A stretch of DNA of 26,906 nucleotides from a virus. Taxonomy: Duplodnaviria; Caudoviricetes. Where the stretch lies: IMG/VR virus record IMGVR_UViG_3300009104_000835, positions 1-26,906 of that record. The stretch is one strand, 5' to 3'. Below the pieces are notes generated by a model that had not been told where the DNA came from, did not search any database, and worked only from the letters and a program-made list of their open reading frames with translations. The first letter of the stretch is position 1, and each line of letters starts with the position of its first letter. Shown here in pieces: positions 9,046-15,786 of the stretch. The position numbers were made by a program, and so were the translations under genes.

Positions 9046-10065
9046 CTAGTTAGCTACCAGAATCTTGGCAGCTTTCTCAGTCATCGGTAGCTTGCCGAAC
9101 ATGACGTTGGCTTGATGCCTACGGTCACGTTCTAGGTTGCTGTTCACACCCTTAACTGTTTTATCTTTCTGTTCCCATGCTTGAACAGCCATGAGTGCGC
9201 CCCACTTTGTGCTACGCACACCCCTTATGTCTTGATCTTCGTGGAAACGTTTATTTAATGCACGTCTAGTGTTAGCCCAACGAGTTTGTTGATTTCTGAA
9301 ACCCTGTAGTGATAACTGTTTGCCAGTAACCACATCAGTTATTGCTTTCTCATACGATGGAGCAGGACCAATGAGATCAACAATAAGTTTGTTCCATTCC
9401 TCATCAACAAATAGTTGATTAGACATACGTTCAATCTGTTGCTTGTATGTCTCATGTCTTTCATAGCTATCACACAATGCTTCAACAGCTTCTTGCATCA
9501 TGCCTTGCGGATCACCCATCTTCTTAAACTTGAAGACAGCGTTCTTATCCAAGATGTTTAGCTTGAAAGTATTGGCACACACAACAGCCCGTGCAGACTG
9601 AGTAGCAATCAATGGAATATTTTTGTCATGTCCGTTACCGATATTGAACATCGATTCAACTGTTGACCAACCCGGAATCTCTATGTCTTCCTTAAACTTT
9701 AGAGACACATAACCAACAGCACCGTTATCATAGGTACCAACTGATTCAATAGTCTCCACTAGCCCAGTGTCGATAAGCAATCCAGTTAAATCATCAGCCA
9801 TGAACCGATGCTGAACTACCTGATATCGATTACTTACTTCAGCATGAGCATATGGATAGTTGACCATCTTCAAAACATTTCTGCCTTCAAGAACTTCTTC
9901 TACTCCATGATGCTCAATTAATATCGGGCTTCGTTCAACCTCAGACCAGTCAAAAGCCTCACGAGCTTTCTCCCAATCGATAGGTCCAACGTTACCCATC
10001 CCATGCCAAGCAGCCTTACGGTATAAGGCATGTTCAGCATCTAACTTTGTCATCCTATGTGACAT
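9046..10065 (-). CDS. DUF932-family phage/plasmid protein
   Basis: AWHGMG N-terminus, VSNRYQVVQH, NGHD, VVCANT and STKWGALMAV motifs; RBS AAAGGAGAA. Confidence 0.8.
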   Translation of the reverse strand: MSHRMTKLDAEHALYRKAAWHGMGNVGPIDWEKAREAFDWSEVERSPILIEHHGVEEVLEGRNVLKMVNYPYAHAEVSNRYQVVQHRFMADDLTGLLIDTGLVETIESVGTYDNGAVGYVSLKFKEDIEIPGWSTVESMFNIGNGHDKNIPLIATQSARAVVCANTFKLNILDKNAVFKFKKMGDPQGMMQEAVEALCDSYERHETYKQQIERMSNQLFVDEEWNKLIVDLIGPAPSYEKAITDVVTGKQLSLQGFRNQQTRWANTRRALNKRFHEDQDIRGVRSTKWGALMAVQAWEQKDKTVKGVNSNLERDRRHQANVMFGKLPMTEKAAKILVAN

Positions 10066-10207
10066 TCTTTTCTCCTTTATATGTAATGAACATTGGATTA
10101 GGTTCTTTTGCTTTTTCAGCTAGCAAATTCCCTAAGTTTTGTATGAAAAGATCCCATCTACAAAAATCACATCCTCGATCTTTGCACCGGCTACACCACT
10201 CTTTCAT
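10055..10207 (-). CDS. Small CxxC-x4-CxxC protein (50 aa), not in ORF track
   Basis: MKEWCSRCKDRGCDFCRWDLFIQNLGNLLAEKAKEPNPMFITYKGEKNVT; RBS AAAGGAGAA. Confidence 0.7.
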   Translation of the reverse strand: MKEWCSRCKDRGCDFCRWDLFIQNLGNLLAEKAKEPNPMFITYKGEKNVT

Positions 10208-10302
10208 TTTATTTCTCCTTTATTTAGATCTTCGGGAGAGGCTGAGGACTTAGCTGAATAGCACGTTTCAGCCCCTCCCTTTCTTGCGACCTTTCAGGAA
10301 AT

Positions 10303-10311
10303 ATTATACCA
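10303..10311 (-). promoter_or_regulatory. Putative extended -10 promoter (TGGTATAAT)
   Basis: Exact TGnTATAAT on - in an intergenic gap upstream of the DUF932/recombination genes; no clear -35. Confidence 0.55.
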
Positions 10312-10381
10312 GCAATAGATACTAAACCCCTTCGGATCTGTACCTAACACAGGATTAAGCCTCCGAAAGGTCACGTCCTGT

Positions 10382-10588
10382 TCACTCTAGTTCAAAGAGT
10401 TTGTTCCTCTCACCAAAAGCTTTATCGAGTTCGTCTAAGAACATCACACAATCTTCTGGTTCAAGAACAGCTTCAGCTACGACCACAATTATGTCGCCAA
10501 TCTCTTTACCAGCAGATAAAATTCTGGTTTCGAGTTTGTCGAAGGCTGTATCAACTGCACCTTGTACTTCTTCAAAGACATCGGTCAT
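10382..10588 (-). CDS. Acidic hypothetical protein (68 aa)
   Basis: RBS AAAGGAGAA. Confidence 0.75.
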   Translation of the reverse strand: MTDVFEEVQGAVDTAFDKLETRILSAGKEIGDIIVVVAEAVLEPEDCVMFLDELDKAFGERNKLFELE

Positions 10589-10733
10589 TGTTATTCTCCT
10601 TTGTGGAAGTGATCCACATGTATGTTTCGATGATATCTATCCACGACATAGCACCGTCATCACCGACACTATGCAAATAGACAATCAACCTATCTAACAT
10701 TTCTTTAGGTAGAGAGATAGTCTCAGTATTCAT
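10572..10733 (-). CDS. Hypothetical protein (53 aa), not in ORF track
   Basis: MNTETISLPKEMLDRLIVYLHSVGDDGAMSWIDIIETYMWITSTKENNNDRCL; ATGA overlap with the upstream stop; fills the gap. Confidence 0.6.
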   Translation of the reverse strand: MNTETISLPKEMLDRLIVYLHSVGDDGAMSWIDIIETYMWITSTKENNNDRCL

Positions 10734-10936
10734 ATCAGATCCTCCATATCTCTAGCTTTAAGAACCTGACTCCGAGTCAACGCATCGTCATAAGCAATGG
10801 GAGTATCCCTACTTTTCTTCCGCTTCTTAACTCGTTCCTCTTCTCCATGTATTCGCCATGCATCACGACAATCAACACACCTACAACCATTGGAATAGTT
10901 ATAAGCAGAAGGCTTACCTTCACAGCTACCCTTCAC
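10730..10936 (-). CDS. Zinc-finger-like protein (Y..GCRCxxC), 68 aa
   Basis: GTG start after AAGGGG; CEGKPSAYNYSNGCRCVDCRDAW resembles the motif in 4900..5067. Confidence 0.7.
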   Translation of the reverse strand: MKGSCEGKPSAYNYSNGCRCVDCRDAWRIHGEEERVKKRKKSRDTPIAYDDALTRSQVLKARDMEDLI

Positions 10937-11234
10937 TCTGTTCCCCTTCAAGCAGATGTATTGCCTTATCGTAAGCACGATCTTGATATGCCTGCGCTTG
11001 CTCATTCAACATATCATCAATATCTAAATCAATACGGTCACGCCATTGCTGTAACTCCGTGATGATTGTCCAGAAAGCTGAATGTCCAAGCTCCTCAGCC
11101 GCACTCATACGATGGTCATCATGGCTGTCATGCCACGTCACCGCAGCATCCATCAACTCACTAATCCTATTGGTCAGACCCTGACTCACCGCTTCCGCAG
11201 TCAACAACGGTCTCCTAATGCAGTCATCTATCAT
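10926..11234 (-). CDS. Hypothetical protein (102 aa)
   Basis: ATGA coupling to the upstream ORF; AAAGGA upstream. Confidence 0.7.
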   Translation of the reverse strand: MIDDCIRRPLLTAEAVSQGLTNRISELMDAAVTWHDSHDDHRMSAAEELGHSAFWTIITELQQWRDRIDLDIDDMLNEQAQAYQDRAYDKAIHLLEGEQSEG

Positions 11235-11407
11235 AACAGGTTTTTCCTTTCATAGATTTCGTTCATGCACGCTTTCAATGCGTCGTCTAGGTAGTCATCA
11301 TGTTCGCCATTGCGTATGTCTACCCAGAAATCACGCATCCTGTAAATTGCTGCGTACTCTGGTATGTCACGTGAACTTGGTATGTCTTGTTTGAGTTTGT
11401 GATGCAT
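11231..11407 (-). CDS. Hypothetical protein (58 aa), not in ORF track
   Basis: MHHKLKQDIPSSRDIPEYAAIYRMRDFWVDIRNGEHDDYLDDALKACMNEIYERKNLL; purine-rich leader; ATGA overlap with the next gene. Confidence 0.65.
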   Translation of the reverse strand: MHHKLKQDIPSSRDIPEYAAIYRMRDFWVDIRNGEHDDYLDDALKACMNEIYERKNLL

Positions 11408-11547
11408 AACCTTTGCCCTTTCCCTTCCTTCGATCCTATTACTATGGATTGTTAGCTATCCTGAAACCGCTCGCTTCTCGCCACTCCCTCAGGAGTGAAG
11501 AGAAGCGGTGTGAATGTGCTCTCTGATTCGGCCTTCGGTAGTAGCGC

Positions 11548-11587
11548 AAAAAAAATGCCAGCCGAGGACCGAAGTCCCCGACTGGCA
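11548..11587 (-). terminator. Intrinsic terminator after the 318-aa gene
   Basis: On -: UGCCAGUCGGGGAC-UUCG-GUCCUCGGCUGGCA followed by U8; cUUCGg tetraloop and two G.U pairs. Confidence 0.9.
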
Positions 11588-11609
11588 AAATCCAGGGTGA
11601 AGCTAATTT

Positions 11610-12566
11610 CTAGCTAAACTCTACAGGCCCACGTGTCTTACGTGACCAACGCTTGGCAGCATTCTCTTCACGTTGCAGTCTCCAAGCCGCAGAGTCATTC
11701 GTCTGCGCCTCAGACTGCCCGATCAGTTGGTAACCCTCAGCAGCCATCGCATTGACCGCCTCAATCATCTCAGGAATCAGAGCTACCTCATCTTCTGGGG
11801 TAGGTATCCGATGCACCTGATACAGGTCGTAACGTCCAACCGAAGGAGCCTTAGGTGGTGCGTACTTAGACCGACGCTTCGCTGGTTTCTGTGGACCAAA
11901 TAGAGCCACAACCACGTCCACGCCGGGTACTACACGCCACTCCTCAGTTGAGTACGTTTCACCGTCCTCGGGTTCGATAACCTCACCGGTTTCTTCGTCC
12001 ACTGGTGGAACGTTAACCCCGGCGTTGGCCTCATAACCGACCCACAGTTGGTAACCTACCTGCGGTATATCGGCTGTCTTACCACGCCCCGGCTTTAGAT
12101 CTAGGAACATTTCAACCATAGGGTATGTCCAGTTCTCATCAAGAATGAGGCCATCGCCCGGTTCGTCATCCCACGGCTTACGCTCATCGTAATCCTCTGG
12201 AACGTTGAACGGGTTAATAACCCCGTACATCTTGTCCCTATAGACGTCCGTTAACAACATGGCGTGTTCGTCAGTCAACTCAGGACCAGCCTCAGTTGTT
12301 TCGACGAGATGCATCAGGGACTTATCAGTACCCGTGATACCCTCCATGTCCTCAACGGCCATGAACCATTCCAACGGCCAAGCCGAGTTACCATCATGCC
12401 GTGCGTTAGTAACTTTGGATAAGAATTTAACCCTAAAGTTCTCCGCCACGATGGTATCGTGATAGTTCTGCGGTAAGTTACCAATCTCACTCGGATTGAA
12501 CGCAGGTCGATAACGATCGCCCCGTAGTGAGGTGAATATAGTTGCTAAGTTAATTCGATCAGACAT
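11610..12566 (-). CDS. Acidic hypothetical early protein (318 aa)
   Basis: Strong RBS UAAGGAGG and its own terminator; no motif recognised. Confidence 0.85.
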   Translation of the reverse strand: MSDRINLATIFTSLRGDRYRPAFNPSEIGNLPQNYHDTIVAENFRVKFLSKVTNARHDGNSAWPLEWFMAVEDMEGITGTDKSLMHLVETTEAGPELTDEHAMLLTDVYRDKMYGVINPFNVPEDYDERKPWDDEPGDGLILDENWTYPMVEMFLDLKPGRGKTADIPQVGYQLWVGYEANAGVNVPPVDEETGEVIEPEDGETYSTEEWRVVPGVDVVVALFGPQKPAKRRSKYAPPKAPSVGRYDLYQVHRIPTPEDEVALIPEMIEAVNAMAAEGYQLIGQSEAQTNDSAAWRLQREENAAKRWSRKTRGPVEFS

Positions 12567-12588
12567 AGCTGACCCTCCTTATATGTTC

Positions 12589-12637
12589 GGGACTGATTAG
12601 CCCCCATGACCCACCCGGGCACGCCGAGTAGGTCATA
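12589..12637 (-). promoter_or_regulatory. Tandem stem-loops in the leader of the 318-aa gene
   Basis: On -: UAUGACCUACUCGG-cgugc-CCGGGUGGGUCAUG (three U.G pairs), then GGGGCU-aauc-AGUCCC, just before the RBS. Confidence 0.6.
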
Positions 12638-12640
12638 CTG

Positions 12641-13015
12641 TCAATCAGTCAGTTCGGATAACGTTTGGTCTTCTACCGACCAGTGAACAACCTTGTCCAC
12701 AATCAGTAAATCCAAGGCCCAAGACCAGCGGTCCTGCTTCCTTACGTCACCAACACGATGCAACGGCACCGTTTCCCATTTAACTTTGGACATGTCGTCC
12801 CTCCTGTTTTGTAACATCTGGTTCTGTAACACCTTCAACCTCTCGATCCGTTCAACTACATGCTGATTCCACTGGTCACCAGTGAGGTCACAAGGAAGGC
12901 AACGTTCGTTTACGTTGCCGCAAAAAAGAGCGTGATGCAACGGCGCTCTTTTCCGTTGCCCGCCGGAGGCGAAAATTTCTTTAAAATCCAGGGTAAACCT
13001 AATTCCTTTAAACAT
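12641..13015 (-). CDS. Hypothetical protein (124 aa)
   Basis: AGGAGG upstream of ATG; overlaps the end of the upstream gene. Confidence 0.65.
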   Translation of the reverse strand: MFKGIRFTLDFKEIFASGGQRKRAPLHHALFCGNVNERCLPCDLTGDQWNQHVVERIERLKVLQNQMLQNRRDDMSKVKWETVPLHRVGDVRKQDRWSWALDLLIVDKVVHWSVEDQTLSELTD

Positions 13016-13352
13016 CCAGCACCTCCTGTCCCTTGCACTCAGCCCTATGCCCGCAAATCAGTCTCTCTTCGAAGTTAAGCTCCGTCTTCTTGTATCCTTC
13101 GCCCTCGTTCTCCCCAATCTGTATCCAAATTGGAGTCCTGTAGTAAAACCGCTGCATCCGAGGCTTAAAACACCAAGCAACGTCGTAAGGTCCCATGTGT
13201 TGCGCCCAAAACTCGTTAACTTTGTCAATTTTCCAAGGCAAGTACTTAGGAGAAGAGCACTCGCCCTCTAGGAGTTCCCCCGCCTCGTCAAGTTCAAGGA
13301 AAACTCTCTCTCCCCACTCTTCCCACTTCAAGCCACTTCTAAATTCAGGCAT
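13008..13352 (-). CDS. Hypothetical protein (114 aa), first gene of the leftward arm
   Basis: Purine-rich leader GGGAGGGAAGGAAAGGGAA before ATG. Confidence 0.65.
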   Translation of the reverse strand: MPEFRSGLKWEEWGERVFLELDEAGELLEGECSSPKYLPWKIDKVNEFWAQHMGPYDVAWCFKPRMQRFYYRTPIWIQIGENEGEGYKKTELNFEERLICGHRAECKGQEVLDV

Positions 13353-13374
13353 AATTCCCTTTCCTTCCCTCCCC

Positions 13375-13860
13375 CCTTGGGCGGGCTAACGCCCTCGAAA
13401 CGCAAATTCGAGTGCTTGTCAAGTACCCGCAGTCCGCCGGGTTTTATGTTACAGAGTCTCTTGTTCTCCCCTCTGTAACATAAAAGCAATCTCTCCCGCA
13501 GAGTAATCCGCTCTAGTCAAATGAGATTGCACGAGCGGATCCGCAAGGAGGTACTTTACAAGTGCTTGAACCCAACGGGCGGTCACATCCGAGCATCGAC
13601 TGGTTCTCATTCTCCCTTAGAGTTTCTGGCCCCCCAAAACAGGGGCCGGGAGAAACTCGTCTCGTTCTCCCTGTCGATGTTCGAACTCGGATGTGATCGT
13701 TTGCGTAAGCTCCAAAAGGCCCGCAGCATCCCCGAGGCAATCCCCGACTTCTTTCCCCGCATTTGGGAAAGATGCGGGATTGTCGGACACGCCTAATCCC
13801 TGCTCCGCCGGGAGCGCCCGGCTGATCGTCCACGGATCACTCCGTGGCCGCCGGAGGCTC
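13375..13860 (+). ncRNA. Putative large structured ncRNA (or ssDNA structure), family not recognised
   Basis: At least 12 mutually compatible helices, including 13407-13427/13550-13570, 13442-13456/13471-13485, 13580-13593/13686-13699 and 13400-13406/13700-13706. Wobbles read G.U on +. Confidence 0.7.
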
Positions 13861-13876
13861 ATTAATCCCTAAAGCT

Positions 13877-14075
13877 CACACCCCCCACACCCACACAACC
13901 CTTCAAAATCCAGGATCTACCCCCATCGTTAAATCTTTAGTCTTCCTACCCCCGTGTGGTTAACTTCGTTTGTTTGGTTCGTAAGGGGGGATGTGCCGAG
14001 GCCCTGCCCTTTCTTACACGTGTTATACGTTGTTTTGGTGGGTTTGGTTCAGTTGTTTGTTTGGTGTGTGGTTTA
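13877..14075. repeat. Low-complexity C/A-rich tract followed by G/T-rich tracts (candidate genome end / pac / ori region)
   Basis: CACACCCCCCACACCCACACAACCC at 13877-13901, then GTTGTTTTGGTGGGTTTGGTT...GGTGTGTGG at about 14029-14075, located at the divergence of the two gene arms. Confidence 0.5.
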
Positions 14076-14288
14076 TTCCTTGGTATCCTCCGAGTGTTGG
14101 GGCCTCTCTTGCCTTGACCTAGCCTCTCTGTGCTGGTCGCTCCGTGCCCCCCGGTTTGTGTTGGGCCGTCGTGTCTGGACACGGAGTCAGATGCCCCTCT
14201 GACGGGCGATCGGACCGGTGTTAGCGGCGAGTGCGTTTGTACTGTATCATGTCGGGTCTGGGGGTTCACTCAATTTTTGGAGTTTTTG

Positions 14289-14414
14289 ATGGCTGAAAAG
14301 AAAATGATTGTGGAGAGGGAGCGTTCCCAGATTGAGGCTGAAGAGATTTGGCGTTTGATGCGTGGTGATGGCAATCAGTCTCGTATTAATGATGGGAAAC
14401 TCTCACCTTCGTAG
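14289..14414 (+). CDS. Hypothetical protein (41 aa)
   Basis: C-terminal part of ORF 14130..14414; GGAG upstream of ATG (MAEKKMIVERER...). Confidence 0.55.
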   Translation: MAEKKMIVERERSQIEAEEIWRLMRGDGNQSRINDGKLSPS

Positions 14415-14421
14415 ACGGAAA

Positions 14422-15003
14422 ATGAAAGTTCTTGTTGCTTGCGAGTTTTCTGGTCGTGTGCGAGATTCCTTTGTGGAACGGGGGCATGATGCTGTTAGTT
14501 GCGATTTGTTGCCTTCGGAGGGCGACCCTCTGAATAGTCATTATCAGGGTGATGTGTCAGATATTTTGGGGGATGGCTGGGATTTGATGATTGCGTTTCC
14601 GCCATGTACGCATTTAACGGTGTCGGGGGCGAGGTGGTTTCCTGATAAACGTGAAGAACAGCGTGAAGCGTTGGATTTTGTCAGGTTGTTGATGGAAGCG
14701 CCTATTGACAGAATCTGTATAGAAAATCCGGTGGGTTTGATTAGTACCCATATTCGTAAACCGGACCAAATTTTTAATCCTTATCAGTTCGGCCACGGGG
14801 AACTTAAACGGACTTGTTTATGGTTAAAAAATCTGCCAATGTTGAGGTCTACGAATGTTGTTAGGGGGAGAGAGCAGAAGTCTTGGCTTATGTGGCCTTC
14901 ACCTGATAGAGCGAAAACGAGAAGTCTGACATATTCGGGGGTTGCGGAAGCGATGGCTTCTCAATGGGGTGTTCCTTCTCCTGTCCAGTTGGAATTGTTG
15001 TGA
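14422..15003 (+). CDS. DNA cytosine-5 methyltransferase-like protein (short phage type)
   Basis: Start MKVLVACEFSG; SCDL, DLMIAFPPCTHL (catalytic PC), IENP (ENV-like), QFGH, KRTCLW motifs. Confidence 0.8.
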   Translation: MKVLVACEFSGRVRDSFVERGHDAVSCDLLPSEGDPLNSHYQGDVSDILGDGWDLMIAFPPCTHLTVSGARWFPDKREEQREALDFVRLLMEAPIDRICIENPVGLISTHIRKPDQIFNPYQFGHGELKRTCLWLKNLPMLRSTNVVRGREQKSWLMWPSPDRAKTRSLTYSGVAEAMASQWGVPSPVQLELL

Positions 15004-15281
15004 CTATTGAGGATGTTGCTGATAAAGCGGATGCTTGGTCAGAAGCAATAAAAAAGATTATTAAAGCGATTACTGCTGCTGGGGTAGCTATTGCTACCGC
15101 TATTGGTGCTTTGTTGATGTGGTGGCCTTTTGGGTCTGACCCGGAACCTGAGATTCCTGCGTTGTTGCAGGGAACGGGGTATGGTGCCCAGTGTTCTCAG
15201 CTTTACAATACAATCGACCATAACTGGACAGAATCTCAATGGTCAGTGTGGGAGCAGTTACGAAAAGATATGGGTTGTTAA
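15000..15281 (+). CDS. Membrane protein with one TM helix (93 aa)
   Basis: GTGA overlap start; hydrophobic stretch IIKAITAAGVAIATAIGALLMWW; two Cys in the C-terminal domain. Confidence 0.7.
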   Translation: MTIEDVADKADAWSEAIKKIIKAITAAGVAIATAIGALLMWWPFGSDPEPEIPALLQGTGYGAQCSQLYNTIDHNWTESQWSVWEQLRKDMGC

Positions 15282-15464
15282 ATGGGAACAAAGTTTAAGC
15301 TTTCAGTGTGTGCCGGTCAGGGTTTCAAAATTAGACCGATTGTGCGTCCGTATTTTGTTGAAGATCGGATCTGGTTTAACCACGACTCTGTTTTTGAGAA
15401 ACATTCATTGATGTACCCTTACAAGAAATATGTTCCTGAAGACACACATGGCGGTGAAGGATGA
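15282..15464 (+). CDS. Hypothetical protein (60 aa)
   Basis: Abuts the upstream stop (TAAATG) and overlaps the next start (ATGA). Confidence 0.6.
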   Translation: MGTKFKLSVCAGQGFKIRPIVRPYFVEDRIWFNHDSVFEKHSLMYPYKKYVPEDTHGGEG

Positions 15465-15544
15465 GGAAATGCCTAAATTGTAGTTGTGAGTCATGCCCGT
15501 GTAGATGCAACCATTGTGACTGCTGCGGACACATGGATGGCTAA
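15461..15544 (+). CDS. Metallothionein-like Cys-rich peptide (27 aa), not in ORF track
   Basis: MRKCLNCSCESCPCRCNHCDCCGHMDG: 9 Cys, 2 His, no aromatic residues. ATGA overlap upstream and TAATG overlap with the ferredoxin, filling the gap exactly. Confidence 0.75.
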   Translation: MRKCLNCSCESCPCRCNHCDCCGHMDG

Positions 15545-15786
15545 TGAAAGTCTGGATCGATCAAGATCTCTGTACCGGTGATGGGTTGTGTGCAGAAATA
15601 TGTCCTGAAGTTTTCGTTATGCGAGATGACGGGCTTGCCTATGTGCAAGAAAACGGGCATGTGTTCGACGACCCGGGTGGGGCGTTTGGGTTAGCGAACT
15701 TCAAAGACGACGATTTGGAAGCTGTTATAGAATCAGCGGAAGAGTGTCCGGGGGAATGTATTTACATTGAAGTAAGTTCTGGGTAA
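15544..15786 (+). CDS. fdx: Single-cluster [3Fe-4S]/[4Fe-4S] ferredoxin (actinobacterial type)
   Basis: MKVWIDQDLCTGDGLCAEICPEVF (CxxDxxCxxxCP) and C-terminal AEECPGECI. Confidence 0.93.
   Translation: MKVWIDQDLCTGDGLCAEICPEVFVMRDDGLAYVQENGHVFDDPGGAFGLANFKDDDLEAVIESAEECPGECIYIEVSSG

Noticed and set aside
10234-10280. Hammerhead ribozyme (CTGAGGA on +; GAAAC...GTC on -)
   Set aside because: The two halves of the core lie on opposite strands and the required stems do not form.
12975-13015. -1 frameshift at TTTAAAG upstream of the 12924-12959 fold
   Set aside because: The heptamer is not in the required reading frame and is about 20 nt from the structure.
13394-13422. TTGACA on - as the -35 of a leftward promoter
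   Set aside because: No -10-like hexamer at a 16-18 nt spacing, and the hexamer is part of a helix arm.
13545-13696. AAGGAGG followed by a GTG-started 44-aa ORF (13562..13696) inside the RNA
   Set aside because: The SD and start codon are buried in helices and the peptide has no recognisable character. It cannot be fully excluded without ribosome profiling.
13375-13860. tmRNA, RNase P RNA, tRNA or group I/II intron identity for the structured element
   Set aside because: No acceptor stem or CCA end, no GAGGAAAGUCC, no recognisable intron catalytic core, and no interrupted gene.
13513-13862. ORFs 13521..13796 (+), 13513..13833 (-) and 13617..13862 (-)
   Set aside because: No convincing RBS or coupling, non-protein-like translations, and complete overlap with the structured element.
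13946-14269. ORFs 13946..14269 (-) and 13954..14202 (+)
   Set aside because: By-products of G/T low-complexity sequence with no RBS.
14362-14421. Longer N-termini given by the ORF track (methylase 14362, also 14964, 6104, 6776, 7170, 8728, 11005)
   Set aside because: Downstream starts have better RBSs or coupling, begin at the family motif and avoid long overlaps.
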